Made by a program: the position numbers and the translations under genes
In this document: in pieces, positions 35,714 through 48,672 of the stretch
Layout: each line of letters begins with the position of its first letter
Numbering within the stretch: position 1 is the first letter of the stretch
The notes under the pieces: model-generated
Databases searched by the model: none
The model's input: the letters and a program-made list of their open reading frames with translations, nothing else
Told to the model about the DNA's origin: nothing
DNA from: Squalus acanthias
Taxonomy: Eukaryota
Direction of reading: 5' to 3'
Assembly (NCBI GenBank): GCA_030390025.1
Contig: CM059431.1
Coordinates: 95,916,001 to 95,980,000 of the forward strand
DNA length: 64,000 nucleotides

Positions 35714-36455
35714 GGCCCAGAAATTAAAGACGGAGCCTTCCTGCGGGGGTAAGGCTTCCCCACGATATCTCACTGCGCGCCTGCCTTTTCCTTCCGAGTT
35801 CACACGAACTTTAGTTTCAAGGCTGCAGCTGTGCAGTGTGTGCGTATCCCACAGACGCAGTTAATTCGTGCGAGCTGTAGGATCACGTGATTCAGTTAGA
35901 GCCAATGGCAGCACACCATCTTTCATTCATAGTTTTGACAGCAAGGGCTGTCAAAGCTATGAATCTATACCCCCCCAAAAGAACAGCTAAACCTCAATTA
36001 AATTTAAAAAAAATCATCACATTAATAAAATAAGTATAGTTAAATAAATTAACCACTTTAAACAAAAAATTAAATTTTTGAAAAAATTTAAAATCTTTTT
36101 AAAAGTTATAAAAATAAACTTACCTTTCTTTAAAGTCTCTAAAAAAGATATACCTGTTGAAAAAATTTTAAAATAATACTTAATTAACTACTTACCTTGT
36201 TAAAAGAGGGTCTTACGCCTCCTTTCTTTATGTGCAAAATCTTCCATGCTTACCTGCGCGTTCAAAGCACTAAGTGCACTGCGTGCGCGCAGCCTGTAGC
36301 GCGCACGCGGTTCACTTAGGAACCGCCCTCTTTTGAGTTCACCAAGTGCCGGTTTTCAGCGCATGCGCAGTGCATGCAGAAAACCGGCAATTGGAGACAG
36401 AATACGCGAGAGTACACAGTGCATACTCTCGCGTAGAGACACTAATTTTTGGGCC
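35714..36455 (-). mobile_element. Harbinger-type MITE, copy 2 (opposite orientation to 24659)
   Basis: AAT|GGCCCAGAAATT...AATTTTTGGGCC|AAT; near reverse complement of copy 1. Confidence 0.92.
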
Positions 36456-37129
36456 AATGAAACAGTTAATGAAGGGTACATAACGCCTCAATTTTGGAGA
36501 CTCCGTTCCTAACGTGGAGTGTCACTTGTGGAGAGCACGGATCAAACTGAGGTGAGTGCGCCCGATTACACCAGGGGTGGAATGTCTGAAAATACACAGA
36601 AAGGTAGTTCAGAGCCTGCCTACTTTCAAAAGGCACCTAGCTTCTGCGTCAGTTGGGGGCATAACCTAGGAACTTTGGTTTCATACTGATCAAGCATGTT
36701 CAGAATATGTAGGGTAACAAAAATCATCTATTTCTAATGTAGCTGGAGGGGGTGTGAAGAAAGATGGAAGGAGGACTATTCAAAAATGTAGCCATCTGGA
36801 ATTTTCGCCTTCAGGACTGTGCTTGAATCTCAGTAATGGACTATTTCCACACAGGAGTGCAGGTACTTTTACAGAAGATCTAAAGATGCTGGTCCCAGAA
36901 ATGGAAATTAATTCTTTTCAGGCTAGCCCTGATTGACAGCATCTAGGCACCCAGACTGTCCCATGTGCGGTCTGATTCACATGGTCTGTACGTGGCCAGT
37001 CATTACCGATATATGTTTTCCCTAGTCCAGCAACCAGGAGGTTCAACTGGAGACTCTGATACTGGGGGTAGAGTGAAGGAGATTCCTGTACAATCAGCGT
37101 GAAGTAAAAACTTGGGTGGGACTGTCAAC

Positions 37130-37500
37130 AATTTTTTAACCATTAAACTCAGGCAACACTGCCCAGTTTTCTAACCATTAAACTCAGGTGTGCATTGTCC
37201 ACAGTTTTCTAACCATTAAACTCAGGTGACAGTACCTTCAGGTTTTATCGACATGGAATTGGATAAATACATGAAAAGGAAAATTTTGCAGGGTTATGGG
37301 TAAAGAGTAGATGAGTGGGACTAATTGGATAGCTCTTTCAAAGAGCCAGCACAGGCACACTGAGCCAAATCGCCTCCTTCTGTGGTCTATGACTTTATGA
37401 ACACTGCCCATAGTTTTCTAACCATTAAACTCAGACATTACGCTCTAGTTTTCTAACTATTAAGCTGATTCATTGTCCACAGTTTTCTAACCATTAAAAT
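37130..37500 (+). repeat. ~35-40-bp tandem repeat interrupted by a CR1 tail (37255-37400)
   Basis: TTTTCTAACCATTAAACTCAG recurs about 6 times. Confidence 0.8.
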
Positions 37501-37507
37501 GTCGACA

Positions 37508-37707
37508 TGGAATGCACTGCCTGAAAGGGTAGTGGAAGCAGATTCAATAGTAAGTTTCAAAAGGGAAATGGATAAATACTTGAAAAGCAATAATTTGCAG
37601 AGATATGGGGAAAGAGCAGGCGAGTGGGACTAATTGGATAGCTCTTTGTAAGAGCAGGTACAGGCACAATGGGACAAATGGCCTCCTTCCCTGCTGTCTA
37701 ATTCTAT
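37508..37707 (+). mobile_element. CR1 3'-end fragment
   Basis: TGGAATGCACTGCCTGAAAGGG..GGGGAAAGAGCAGG..ATTCTATG. Confidence 0.85.
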
Positions 37708-38132
37708 GACCCCGATATTAACTGGGAGCTGCGCTGGGAGCGGGAGGGTTCAATATCGTGTGGGAAACCCGGAATTCTGTTCAGCGCATCTGTCAGTGGC
37801 TTTGTAACGCAGCCACCTCATTATCGAATTACTTCTGGGTTCCCTGTCCGATCAGCAGCAGCGGCGTGATGAGACCCGCATGACACGATCTCAACTCCAG
37901 TATTTAAAGGAACAATCCAAAGATGCAATTTGGAGGGGTTGGACTTGGAAACAAGAGAAGAGGAAGTTAAAGAATGGAGTTGAGACATTCCAAGACTATG
38001 CCCTGATTCACTAATGCCTCCCTTGATGTGCTGCTGGGGGCTGTGAGGAGCTGGAGAGACATAATATTCCCCAACAATGGGAGGAAGAAACCTGCAGCAG
38101 AAACATACGGGGCAGAATTCTGGGAAACAAAT

Positions 38133-38895
38133 GGCCCAGAAATTCGGCCGAATACGGGAGAGTACGCACTGTGCACTCTCGCGTATTCGGTCCCGAAGTG
38201 CCGGTTTCCTGCATGCACTGCGCATGCGCGGGAAACCGGCACTTCCGATATTGCGAAGTGGGCGGTTCCTAAGTGAACCGCGTGCGCACTACAGGCTGTG
38301 CGCACGCAGCACACTTAGGTTTTTTTTCAGATTTCAACGCGAGGGTAAGTATGCAAGATTATACACATGAAAAAAGGAGGCGTAAGACCCCCTTTTAACA
38401 AGGTAAGTAATTAATTAAGTATTATTTAAAAAAAATTTCAACAGGTTTATCTTTTTTAGAGACTTTAAAGAAAGGTAAGTTTATTTTTATAACTTTTAAA
38501 AAGAATTTAAATTTTTTCAAAAATTTAAATTTTTGTTTAAAGTGGTTAATTTATTTAACTATAGTTATTTTATTAATGTGATGGGTTTTTTTTAAATTTA
38601 ATTGAGGTTTAGCTGTTCTTTTGGGGGCAAGTTGTATTCATAGTTTTGATAGTTCTCATGTCAAAACTATGAATGAAAGATGGTGTGCTGCCATTGGCTC
38701 TAACTGGCCCACGTGATCCCAGAGGTCGCATCGAACTAACTGCGCCTCTGGGACACGCACACACTGCGCGCCGGCAACAGGGAGAGGCCAGGAACTGAAG
38801 TTCGTGTGGGCCCGAACCATAAAGGCAGGCGCGGAGTGCGATATCGCGGGGCATCCTTACCCCCGCGGCAACCATCGAAGTCTAATTTCTGGGCC
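38133..38895 (+). mobile_element. Harbinger-type MITE, copy 3
   Basis: AAT|GGCCCAGAAATT...AATTTCTGGGCC|AAT. Confidence 0.92.
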
Positions 38896-38898
38896 AAT

Positions 38899-39795
38899 AA
38901 CATAAGAACATAAGAAATAGGAGCAGGAGTAGGCCATTCGGCCCTTCAAGCCTGCTCCGCCATTCAATGAGATCATGGCTGATCTTCTGCCTCAACTCCA
39001 TTCACCGGCCCTATCGCCATATCGCTTGATGCCTTTACTAGTCAGAAATCTATCGACTTCTGTTTTGAATATACCCAACGACTGAGCCTCCACAGCCCTC
39101 TGGGGTAGAGAATTCCAAAGATTCAGAACCCTCTGCGTGAAGAAATTTCTTCTCATCTCAGTCCTGAATGGCCTACCCTTTATCCTGAGGCTGTGACCCC
39201 TGGTTCTAGACTCCCCAGCCAAGGGAAACATTCTCCCAGCATCCACCCTATCAAGCCCTTTAATAATTTTGTATGCTTCAATGAGATCCCCTCTCATTCT
39301 TCTGAATTCAAGAGAATACAGGCCTAGTTTACTCAATCTCTTCTCATACGACAGTCCCGCCATCCCAGGAACCAATCTCGTGAACCTTCGTTGCACTCCC
39401 TCTATGGCAAGTATATCCTTCCTGAGGTAAGGAGACCAGAATTGCACACAGTACTCCAGGTGTGGTCTCACCAAGGCCCTATATGATTGGAGTAAGACTT
39501 CTTTACTCCTGTACTCAAATCCTCTTGTAATGAAGGCCAGCATACCATTTGCCTTCCTAATGGCTTGCTGCACCTGCACATTCACTTTCAGTGACTCGTG
39601 TATAAGGACACGCAGGTCCCTTTGAGCATCTGCATTCCCCAATCTTTCACCATTTAGGAAATACTCTGCCTTTCTGTTTTTTCTACCAAAGTGGATAACT
39701 TCACATTTATCCACATTATCTTCCATCTGCCATGTTCTCGCCCACTCACTGAACCTGTCGAGATCCCCTTGAAGCCTCTTCACATCCTCTTCAAA
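38899..39795 (-). mobile_element. CR1, 5'-truncated
   Basis: ORF 38992-39849(-) is the RT C-terminus; (ACATAAGA)n tail. Confidence 0.92.
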
Positions 39796-39805
39796 GAAGG
39801 TGTGT

Positions 39806-40372
39806 AGAATCATAGAATCATAGAAAGTTACAGCACGGAAGGAGGCCATTTCGGCCTATCATGTCTGCGCCGGCCAACAAAGAGCTATCCAGTCTAATCC
39901 CACTTCCCAGCTCTTGGTCCGTAGCCCTGCAGATTACAGCATCTCAAGTGCACATCCAAGTACTTTTTAAATGTGGTTAGGGTTCCTGCCTCTACCACCC
40001 TTTCAGGCAGTGAGTTCCAGACCCCCACAACCCTCTGGGTGAAGAAATTTCCCCTCAAATCCCCTCTAAACCTTCCACCAATTACTTTAAATCTGTGCCC
40101 CCTGGTTTTTGACCCCTCTGCTAAGGGAAATAGGTCCTTTCTATCCACTTTATCTGTGCCCCTCATAATTTTATACACCTCAATAAGGTCTCCCCTCAGC
40201 CTCCTCTGTTCCAAGGAAAACAAACCCAGCCTATCCAGTCTTTCCTCATAGCTAAGATTCTCTACTCCAGGCAACATCCTTGTAAATCTCCTCTGTACCC
40301 TCTCGAGTACAATCACATCTTTCCTGTAATGTGGTGACCAGAACGGCACGCAGTACTCTAGCTGAGGCCGAA
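39806..40372 (-). mobile_element. CR1, 5'-truncated, different family
   Basis: ORF 39894-40415(-) VRPQLEYCV..GYGPRAGKWD; (AGAATCAT)n tail. Confidence 0.92.
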
Positions 40373-42334
40373 CAAGGTTGCCCAGGAGGTGAGCAGCAGG
40401 AGCCAACTGCCACACTCCTGGATGCAGTAAAGAAAGCGGTTTAATGACATAAATAGGTCAGGAAAGGTATGTACAGTTCCACATTCACCTACATCCTGCT
40501 GTGTGCATCACTCCAACCCCTCAATCTGCCTTCTCAAGGATAATCCATCGCATCACTCCTCACACCCACTTAACTTGCAGGTGCACCTATCTTTCTCTGT
40601 CTATGCACTTCCTCACATCCGCCATTCATCCACCACTTCCACGCACCCTCATCGTTATGCAATTTCCTGCCTCTCCCTGATACTCACCGTCACCGAATGA
40701 ACTCCATCCATCGGCTGAACACATGCCATTATGCTCACTAATAGATCTGTTATTTCCCTCGTTGCAGAAGAGAGCACAGAACAACTGGGAGAGAACAGGA
40801 GGTGGCCCTCCAGCCAGCTCACAACCAACAATTGCAGAAGAGGAGGCAGTGGAGATCCATAGAGTTTCAATGTGCCTGGCCATCGGAGATGGGGAGACGG
40901 GGAGCTACCAGCTACCTTGTGACACAATTAAATATCAGCCACCCACGTGTCATACGGCACTCAACATGTTGATTTCAACAGCGAGTGAAATATGATTATA
41001 TTGATAATGATAACTTGCAACATTCTTAACTTGGCAGTACTCATTCATGTCTTTTATCTCCGACAGGGCCTTCACGCGTGCAGCAGGAGTTGCTGGAGGT
41101 CGCGGACGACGATTCCTCAAAAGATTTGAATCCTTCTGAGGATGCACTGTGACAGGACTCATGCAAAACATGCATCAGGTTAGATACTTCGGTGGGACCG
41201 CATAGACCGATAGTTGGGTTTTCACCTGGTGACTCACACTTCGCAAATGAGCAAGAGCAGAAGGTGGTGACGGGGACAGCAGTGGAATGTCCACGTTGGA
41301 GAGCGCAGCCCTCTCCAAGCCCTGCTCAGCTGGAGATAGAGATGCCGTCGATGAAAAGGAGAATCATTGAGCAGCAGCAGATAATGGACGATGCACTGAC
41401 AGGCCTTTCAATCCCACTCACCATGATTGCACAGAGAATGGAGGAGTCCACCTGAAGCATGAGTGGGGTGCTGTCACAGGCTATTGAGATGATGTGTTCT
41501 TCCATGGATAGAGTGGCCAGTGCTGTGGAACATCAAATGCTCCAATCAAATGAGTCATGTGCGCCTTGACCACAGTCATACAGACTTTGGATACCAACAT
41601 GTCTGCCACCAATAGGATGACAGATACCTTAGCTTTGGCCTTATAGTGTCCCACTGATCTGCACCAAAGTGCTCTCCAGCACAGTGGCAGCAGTCAAATG
41701 CGGTTGGGCAATGAGACGGATGATAGCGAAAGATGACATGGAAGTGGGGACTCCACTCAGAGCACTTCCACTTTTCACCCGTTGCCTCTCCCCACTCAGT
41801 CAGTAGCCCACATGCTGCCTTGTCTCCCAATGGCCGAGTCTGCCCCTGAACAGGTGCAGGTGGAGCAGTCTTTGGCGGGGCCCTCACGGGCTCCAAAACC
41901 CATAGGTCGTCGGCCAAGAGTAACCTAGCAGTCAGAGCAGGGATCTGAGAAGCCTGCCTCTACCTCTGCTCAAGCAGGAGTTGCACAGGAGTTGTAGAAA
42001 AACAAAAGGGTATAGCTTTGTAGTTGCACAAGTGTATGCACATGGATGTATGAGAAAATGTTGTGTTGTTAAGTTTCTGTCCTTTAGTTAGGTCACATAA
42101 ATATTATTCTTTTGCACCACTTTTCTGTATTGTGTATTTTTGGGTGCTGGTGGCTAGTCGCTTTTTAACTTGTTTGATGATGAATGGGAAAACATGAATT
42201 AATGGGGATAATGGGGATGATCAAGGTGTGATTGGTTGTTTGCAGGACTGCTTTATGTCAGTGGCATTGGGGAGAGGGGGGGGCAGGAAGAGTGGCTGTT
42301 GCATGTGCTTGTGACAGGCGGCCACTAGTGCAAC

Positions 42335-43637
42335 CTAAGTGAACCTTGCATTAATAAGGGCATCCCTGGCTGTAATGTGAGCAGCTGGGGGTGTACTGCC
42401 GTCATCACCTTCCTCCTCCTCATCTTCCTCCCACTCCAAATCATCTGAAGAGGATCTGAGTTCTTCGCCTTGTTCCTCCTGCAGGTGCAAACCTCGCTGT
42501 AGCACAATGTTGTGCAGAGCGCAGCAAACCACGACCATTCTGGAGACCCTGGCTGGTGCGTACTGAGGGGCACCTCCAAATCTGTCTAGGCACCTGAAGC
42601 GCATCTTCAGCATGTCGATGGCTTGTTCGATCACACATCTGGTGGCCATGTGGCATTCTTTGCAGCGCTGTTGTGCTTCATTTGTCGGGTATCTGAGAGG
42701 TGTCATCAGCAAAGTTTGAAGTGGGTATCCCTTGTCTCCTAGCAGCCACTCCTCAAGTGTGCTTGCAGGTCCGAAGATGTCAGGGAGCTTGGACTGCCGC
42801 AGGACAAAAGCATCATGGCAGCTCCCCGGAATCTGGCTCACACCTGCTGAAATACCTTTTTGAGGTTGCACACCAGCTGCACATTGATGGAGTGGAAGTC
42901 CTTGCAGTTGATGACTACTTCTGGGTGATCTGGGGGTGCTCTGATTGGCACGTATGTACGATTAATGACAGCCTGCACCTCTGGAAAGCCAACCAGAGCC
43001 GCAAACCTGAGCATCCGCTCATTCTAACTGGCGTCATCGCAGGCGAAGTTGACATAATTGCCGGCGCTGGTAAACAACACATCAGTCACCTGTCTTATGC
43101 ATTTGCAGTCCGCCGACTGGGAGAACCTGGATATGTCTCCGTCAGAGCTCTGGAAGGATCCGAGGCAAAAAAGTTGAAGGTGGTGGTGACTTTGATAGGC
43201 ACTGGTAAAGCGTGGTCACCAGGTCCAGCAGGGAGCAGGTCTTCTTCTAGGAGTCTGCAGATGTCTGCCACCACCTGACCCAACAATCTGAGACACTGGT
43301 GTTCAGACATATCAAGGATACTCAGCCTCTGCTTGTAGACCATTTCGTGGGTAGTGCCTCCTGCGAGCTGCTCCCCTCTCTGCTGCTCCCCTCTCTGCTG
43401 CTCCCCTCTCTGCTGCTCCCCTCTCTGCTTCTCCCCTCTCTGCTGCTCCCCTCTCTGCTTCTCCCCTCTCTGCTGCTCCCCTCTCTGCTGCTCCCCTCTC
43501 TGCTGCTCCTCTCTCTGCTGCTTCCCTCTCTCCAGTGCAGCTATAGATCTGTGACCAGCAGGCTGCTGGTGCTGCTGCTGCTGGTCATATTGCTCCTCAT
43601 CTGAGGTCCAATCTAAGGCAGCCAAAGCACCTCCCAT
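42335..43637 (-). pseudogene. HARBI1-like Harbinger DDE transposase, frameshifted
   Basis: [44 protein letters not shown], acidic C-terminal tail; N-terminus carries RGEQQ repeats. Confidence 0.92.
43365..43532 (-). repeat. 15-bp in-frame minisatellite encoding about 11 RGEQQ units
   Basis: CTGCTGCTCCCCTCT units on the plus strand. Confidence 0.95.
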
Positions 43638-43679
43638 CTTGATGTGATAGAAAAAACCTCTAATGTGTAGAAAGTGAAC

Positions 43680-43800
43680 TAGGGTAACCAGACGCCCCCA
43701 TTTTCCGGGGACAGTCCCCGGATTAGGTAATGTGTTCCCAGGCAAACAATGTTCCTGGAAGAGTCCCCGGTTCAGGAAACTCATCCCTGAATAAAATGTT
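43680..43800 (+). mobile_element. hAT (Blackjack-like) non-autonomous element, left end
   Basis: TAGGGTAACCAGACG.CCC.ATTTTCCGGGGACAGTCCC terminus; related copy at 60389. Confidence 0.6.
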
Positions 43801-44363
43801 CAGTGATTATAATTAGTTATCACAGGTGTGGCTGATGTTTACAGTCAACAACCTTGGTCGTCACGTGCTGGTGGTGCCGCCAACTATATTGTCAAGTCGG
43901 GGTGACTAATGATTGATGGCGGAACTGACCAATCAAAGCAGGGGGAAGTTGAGCTGCATCTATGTCATAAATAAATTTGACGAATGAAGTGCAGGCAGAG
44001 GCATGATTATCTGGTGAAAGACAGAGGGCTAGGGGGTGGTGTATTTGTGAAAGAGCAAAATAAGACTGAAGTAAAGAAAGCGCGCCAAATTTAAGAAAGT
44101 AAGTTTTTTTAACCAGTATCTTTAAATACTTCGATATGTTGTGAACTTACTAATTGAGCTGCTTTATTCAACCCCTAGTTCTAAAGAATTCTGGCCCCAA
44201 AAATGTTATTGATTTTAATAGTTGCTGATTGAGCTGTTTGGGCCAGAAATTCATTATAGCCCAGGAATGGGCAGTTTCATTAGAAAAGTTGGAGAATTAG
44301 TGCCAGGCGCTAATGCTTTAGACTGCACGCAAAATTCGTGCTCACTGCTCAAAGAAATATTTG

Positions 44364-45256
44364 GGGGTAAAAATTCAGTTGGTTGCGCCTCCCGTTAGCG
44401 CCTTAAGAGGGCGCTAATGGGGCGCAAAGCCGCTAACGCCCGGGCGCAGCGATGTTTGCGCCGCTCGGGAACTTAACTTGACATTGTGCGGCGGCGCTAA
44501 AACTTACCGCTGCGACCACCTGCGCGCGCAGATTGTGACGTCATTCCATGGTGCAACGCCCTTGTGGCGCCCCGGAGCGGAAATTGAGTGGCGCCCCCTG
44601 CCTTACCGCCTGGCGCTTCCAACGACCAGAAGACTGGAACGCTATCAATCGCTGTGGGGCTGGGGGGGGCGCTATTTAAAGGGGGCCTCTTCCTGTCTTT
44701 TATTGTTGGTGGCATTTTTGAACTATGCATTCTGAGAGAGAGAGGGAGAGACTTCTGGAGAGATTCAACATTGTGTGAAGGAGTTTTGGGTACTGAGCAG
44801 CACTTTGCAGGTTCACTTTGATTTGCCATTCCTTGTATCGATTTAGCAGAGACTGTGGGAGCTGCACTCTGAGCTCTTTGCCTGGTACTCTCCATTGTTC
44901 TTTCCAGCACATTTGATGTGCAAGTCTCTCCAGGCCGAGATTCAAGGCTGCAATGAACAGGATGTGGATGGAAAGCAAGATTAACCATCCCCTTTAAGAA
45001 CTGGCCCGTGCCATTGTGTGTGTGTTCCATTGCTGACTGACATTACATGAGCTTCGCCAGCGCTCTGAGGTAGCACCTCACTCCTTGGCCTTTGCGCCTT
45101 AAGACAGGTGTGCAGCGCCTGATTTAGCGCTCCACTCACCTCCTGGGGCGGTAAAAGTGAAGTTTCCAGTCAGTGCCGATAATTAGCGCCAGGCGCTAAT
45201 ATTTGCGTCCAGACGATATTTGCGCCCCAAATGGGGCGCGACCTAATTTCTACCCC
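44364..45256. mobile_element. Harbinger non-autonomous element nested in the 44240 element
   Basis: TTG|GGGGTAAAAATT...AATTTCTACCCC|TTG; GGCGC-rich subterminal repeats. Confidence 0.85.
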
Positions 45257-45431
45257 TTGGATTCCTAATTCAAGTCTTTAAGCCCAAGCTCATTGGCATT
45301 ACAGTCAAAGGGTGGACCAATATCAGGTGCAGTCTAATCCAAGTCATGATTGCCACAGGCCTTTTTCAGTACTTAAAAGTGAGGTTCATTGATGCTGCAG
45401 AACCTCATTCTCAGCATTGCTGGCTGTGCCG

Positions 45432-47300
45432 ATGTCTCAGCAAGCAACAGCAGGTCAAGGAGAAGGAGCCAGAGGACTGAAGCAGCTGTACTCATGGCAG
45501 AGCCAAATCCCAGGGAGCGAGCCAGCAGATTCTGAGCTGAAGCATTGGAGGCGTTGGTATTCGCTGTGGAGAGACGGAGGGCGGTGCTCTACCCAACAAG
45601 TGGCAGGAGGCCCTGGCCACAAATCTTCCGCACTATGTGGAGGGTGGTAGCGCAGCACATCTCGGGCAGCACTGTGGTCCCCAGGACCCACACACAATAT
45701 AGGAAGAAATTTAACGACCTCACTCGGGTGGTCAGGGTGAGTGAATGCTTCAACAAATGATACATACCACCATCTGAACCACACTCTTCACACACTGCCC
45801 AAAGCACCACACCCCCAGCACTCACCCACCAACAATCTTCACCTACCAACACTCACACCCACATCTCACACCTTGCACACAATGACAGCTATTCAACTAT
45901 GGCAGGCACATCACCCAAACACATTGCTCCACATTCACTCATACACTTTCCATTCTCTTGCAGGCCAAGGTGGCTCACAACAGGAGGGAGCAGGAGCGCA
46001 CAGGCGGGGGACAAGCCAACACCCAACCACTGTCTGCGCTGGAGAATAGAGTGCTGCAGATTATTGGGCGCCAGGTGGTGGGCGCCGTGGCCAGTGGCAA
46101 TGCTGACACCCTTGGGGACAACAACAGTATGTTCATCCCTACTCCTTCTCACATCCCACTTCCCCCTCACCCCACAAGCGTTTCGCACTTTCCAGCTAAT
46201 CATGCTGTATGCATACATTTTTCCTTTCCTGCCCCCCTCCCCTTGCCTTAACCTGAATCTTGTGCCTTTATGCTTTCAGATAATCAGCAAGCACCTGAGC
46301 AGCCTGTCCCTGAGGGCACCGTTAGAGAGCAAGGCGGAAGAGGAGGAGGAAGAAGAACACACCGCATCACTGCATCTCTCACCCGCAGACACCAGCTCAG
46401 ATACTGGCACTATGCGTTCTTTAGAGGCTAGTACAGTAGCGGGATCTGCACAGGGTGAGGCACTGGGGACGAGCGGGCTGCAGCAAGGCCAGGGGGAGAG
46501 GGTAGCTCGGGGGCCAGCTCTCCGGAGGGCAAGTTTGTGCGCGAGTTCTGCTGCACAGGACTCAGATGAGGAACTTGATGGGGAGGCACTTAGAAGAAAG
46601 CATGCACACGGAGATGATAAGTGCAATGGCAAGGGTGCCCGAGAGCCTCTCGGCAATGATAAGGAGCGTGGAGGAGTCCGCCTCCAACATTGCACAAGCC
46701 TCTGCGCACACCATGGAGCCCATCATTTCCAGTCTGCAAAGGCTGGTAGACTCCCAGAGAAACCGTGGCGACCCAGACCTCATGCCGCGTGTGATGGCCG
46801 ATCTGGCAGCTTCCATTGCAGCACAGGCGGAACCCATGCAACGTCTTACTGCTGTAATGGAGTCTATGCTTGGCGGCATCCAATCTCAGACTGCTCTCAT
46901 GCAGTCTCAACATGATGCCATGCAAGGTCTGACTGCTACCATTGTGACTGGGCCTGCCACTGTCAACTGAGGCTTTCAAGGTGTTCCAACAGATTGCTAG
47001 GGATGCTGAGGTGCTGCCCCGGGGGAGTGGCAGTGGATCAGTGCAGCAGGAACCTGCTGTCCTCTCTCAGGATGACAGCATTCCTGCTCCCACCACTGCC
47101 ACTCTGCTGCCTTTCATCCAGCCAGCCCAGACTGCTGCCACCCATGCTGAGATGGTGCAGTCTACAGCGGGCCTTCCAGGCCCAGAGCTAGTCGAGGGCA
47201 TCCTGCAAAGCCATCTGAAGTCTCCCGCATGGACATTCAGCAGCCTTCCACCAGCCCTGCTGCAACTACTTGGCCAACACTTCGTAGGAACACTAGAGTA
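45432..47300 (+). pseudogene. Harbinger Myb/SANT-like gene, three exons (..45736; 45964-46126; 46280..)
   Basis: LEALVFAVERRRAVLYP..W..VA..RKKFNDL|GTGAGT; CAG|AKVAHNRREQERTGGG..|GTATGT; TTTCAG|; contains stops and frameshifts. Confidence 0.88.
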
Positions 47301-47519
47301 GGCAAAGGCACAGTAATGACAGGCACTAAGGGATTGCACAAGGGTGAATAGTTAATATTTTTGTTTTCCATATGTGTTCACTGATTTTTGATAAATTTAT
47401 TAATTCAGTTTGGATTCTTTTATGGTGTGTCTCATTTCAGCTTTGCGCTGTGATATGGCCTGTGACAGGGATGGAATGATGGGGATGTAGTGAGCAACAG
47501 GGATCTGGGGTTTAATTCA

Positions 47520-48672
47520 TTCGAACCGCAGTCTGATGAGGCCATTCCAGAAGGCCGATTGAATAGCTGCCTCCTACCTCACTCATGTTCCTCGTCCTCC
47601 TCCTCATCCTCCTCCTCTTCCTCTTCGTCGTCCTCCTCCTCCTCTCCCTCTTCCTCCTCCTGAGGTGGTTCCACAATCCCTGGTGGCAAGGGCTGGGCCC
47701 TCATGATGGCCAAGTTGTGGAGCATCCAGCAGACCACCACGAAATGGGACACCCACTCAGCCGAATACTGGAGGGCTCCTCATGAGTGGTCAAGGCAGCG
47801 GAACCGTTGCTTCAGCAGGCCGATGGTCTGCTCGATGATGTTTCTGGTGGTGGCATGGCTCTCATTATATGAGTGATGAAAAGGAGTGTTGGGGTTGTGG
47901 AGGGGAGTCATGAGCCAGGTGGAGTGCGGATACCCCTTGTCTCCGACCAGCCAGTCACAAGCTTTATGTGGTGGCTGGAAGAGTGCTGGCAGGATGAAGG
48001 CATTGTGGCTGCTGCCAGGATAGCGGGCATTGACACTGAGGATTCACTGTCTGTGGTCGCATACCAACTGCACATTAAGTGAGTGGTGGCCTTTGCGGTT
48101 ACGGCGGAACTCAGGATTGTTATGCTGTGCCCGCAAAGCCACGTGGGTGCAGTCAATGGCATCCTGCAACATGGGGAATCCCGCTATCCTGGCAAAGCCA
48201 CATGCACATTCGTCCTGCTTCTCTCAGGTGAAGGAAATGTAGTCCCTTCTCCTACTATAGAGAGCCTCTGTGACCTCCCGGATGCAGCGATGGATGGCGA
48301 ACTGCGAGATGTTAGCTAAGTCTCCTGTTGCAGACTGGTAGGATCTGCTGGCGAAGAAATTGAGGGCAACGGTGACCTTGACTGCCACTGAGAGAGCTGT
48401 GGTCGCCCTAATCTGAGGCTGGAGGTCTGGTTGCAGGAGGTGGCAGAGTTCTGTGACCACCTCCTTGGTGAAGCAGAGCTTTCTAATACACTGCTCCTCG
48501 CTTAATTGGAGGTAGGAGAAGTGCTCTTGGAATACCCTTGGAGGGTAAGGCCTCCTGTTGAGAGCCCTGATGGCCCTCCTCCCCCGAGTACATGTTCCAG
48601 TCTTTCTCGCTGCCTCCGCTCCCTCCACCAAAGATCCTGGAGGGCGAGGTCAACTGCCAGTACAGCCCCCAT
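47520..48672 (-). pseudogene. HARBI1-like Harbinger DDE transposase, disrupted
   Basis: [68 protein letters not shown]. Confidence 0.92.

Larger units (their letters stand above)
37974..42000 (+). pseudogene. Harbinger Myb/SANT-like DNA-binding protein gene; exon 1 split by insertions at ~38107-40372
   Basis: FTNASLDVLLGAVR..IFP..GRKKP (37974-38105), then VAQEVSSRS..W.Q.RKRFND|GT (40375-40466), then exon AG|KRAQN..ERTGGGPP at 40768. Confidence 0.8.
37708..43679. mobile_element. PIF/Harbinger two-gene transposon, decayed, right end not found, with nested insertions
   Basis: Left end matches 2021; convergent Myb-like gene (+) and DDE transposase (-). Confidence 0.88.

Noticed and set aside
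42335..48672. Domesticated host HARBI1/NAIF1 genes
   Set aside because: Multiple stops and frameshifts, TIR context and several paralogous copies indicate dead transposons.
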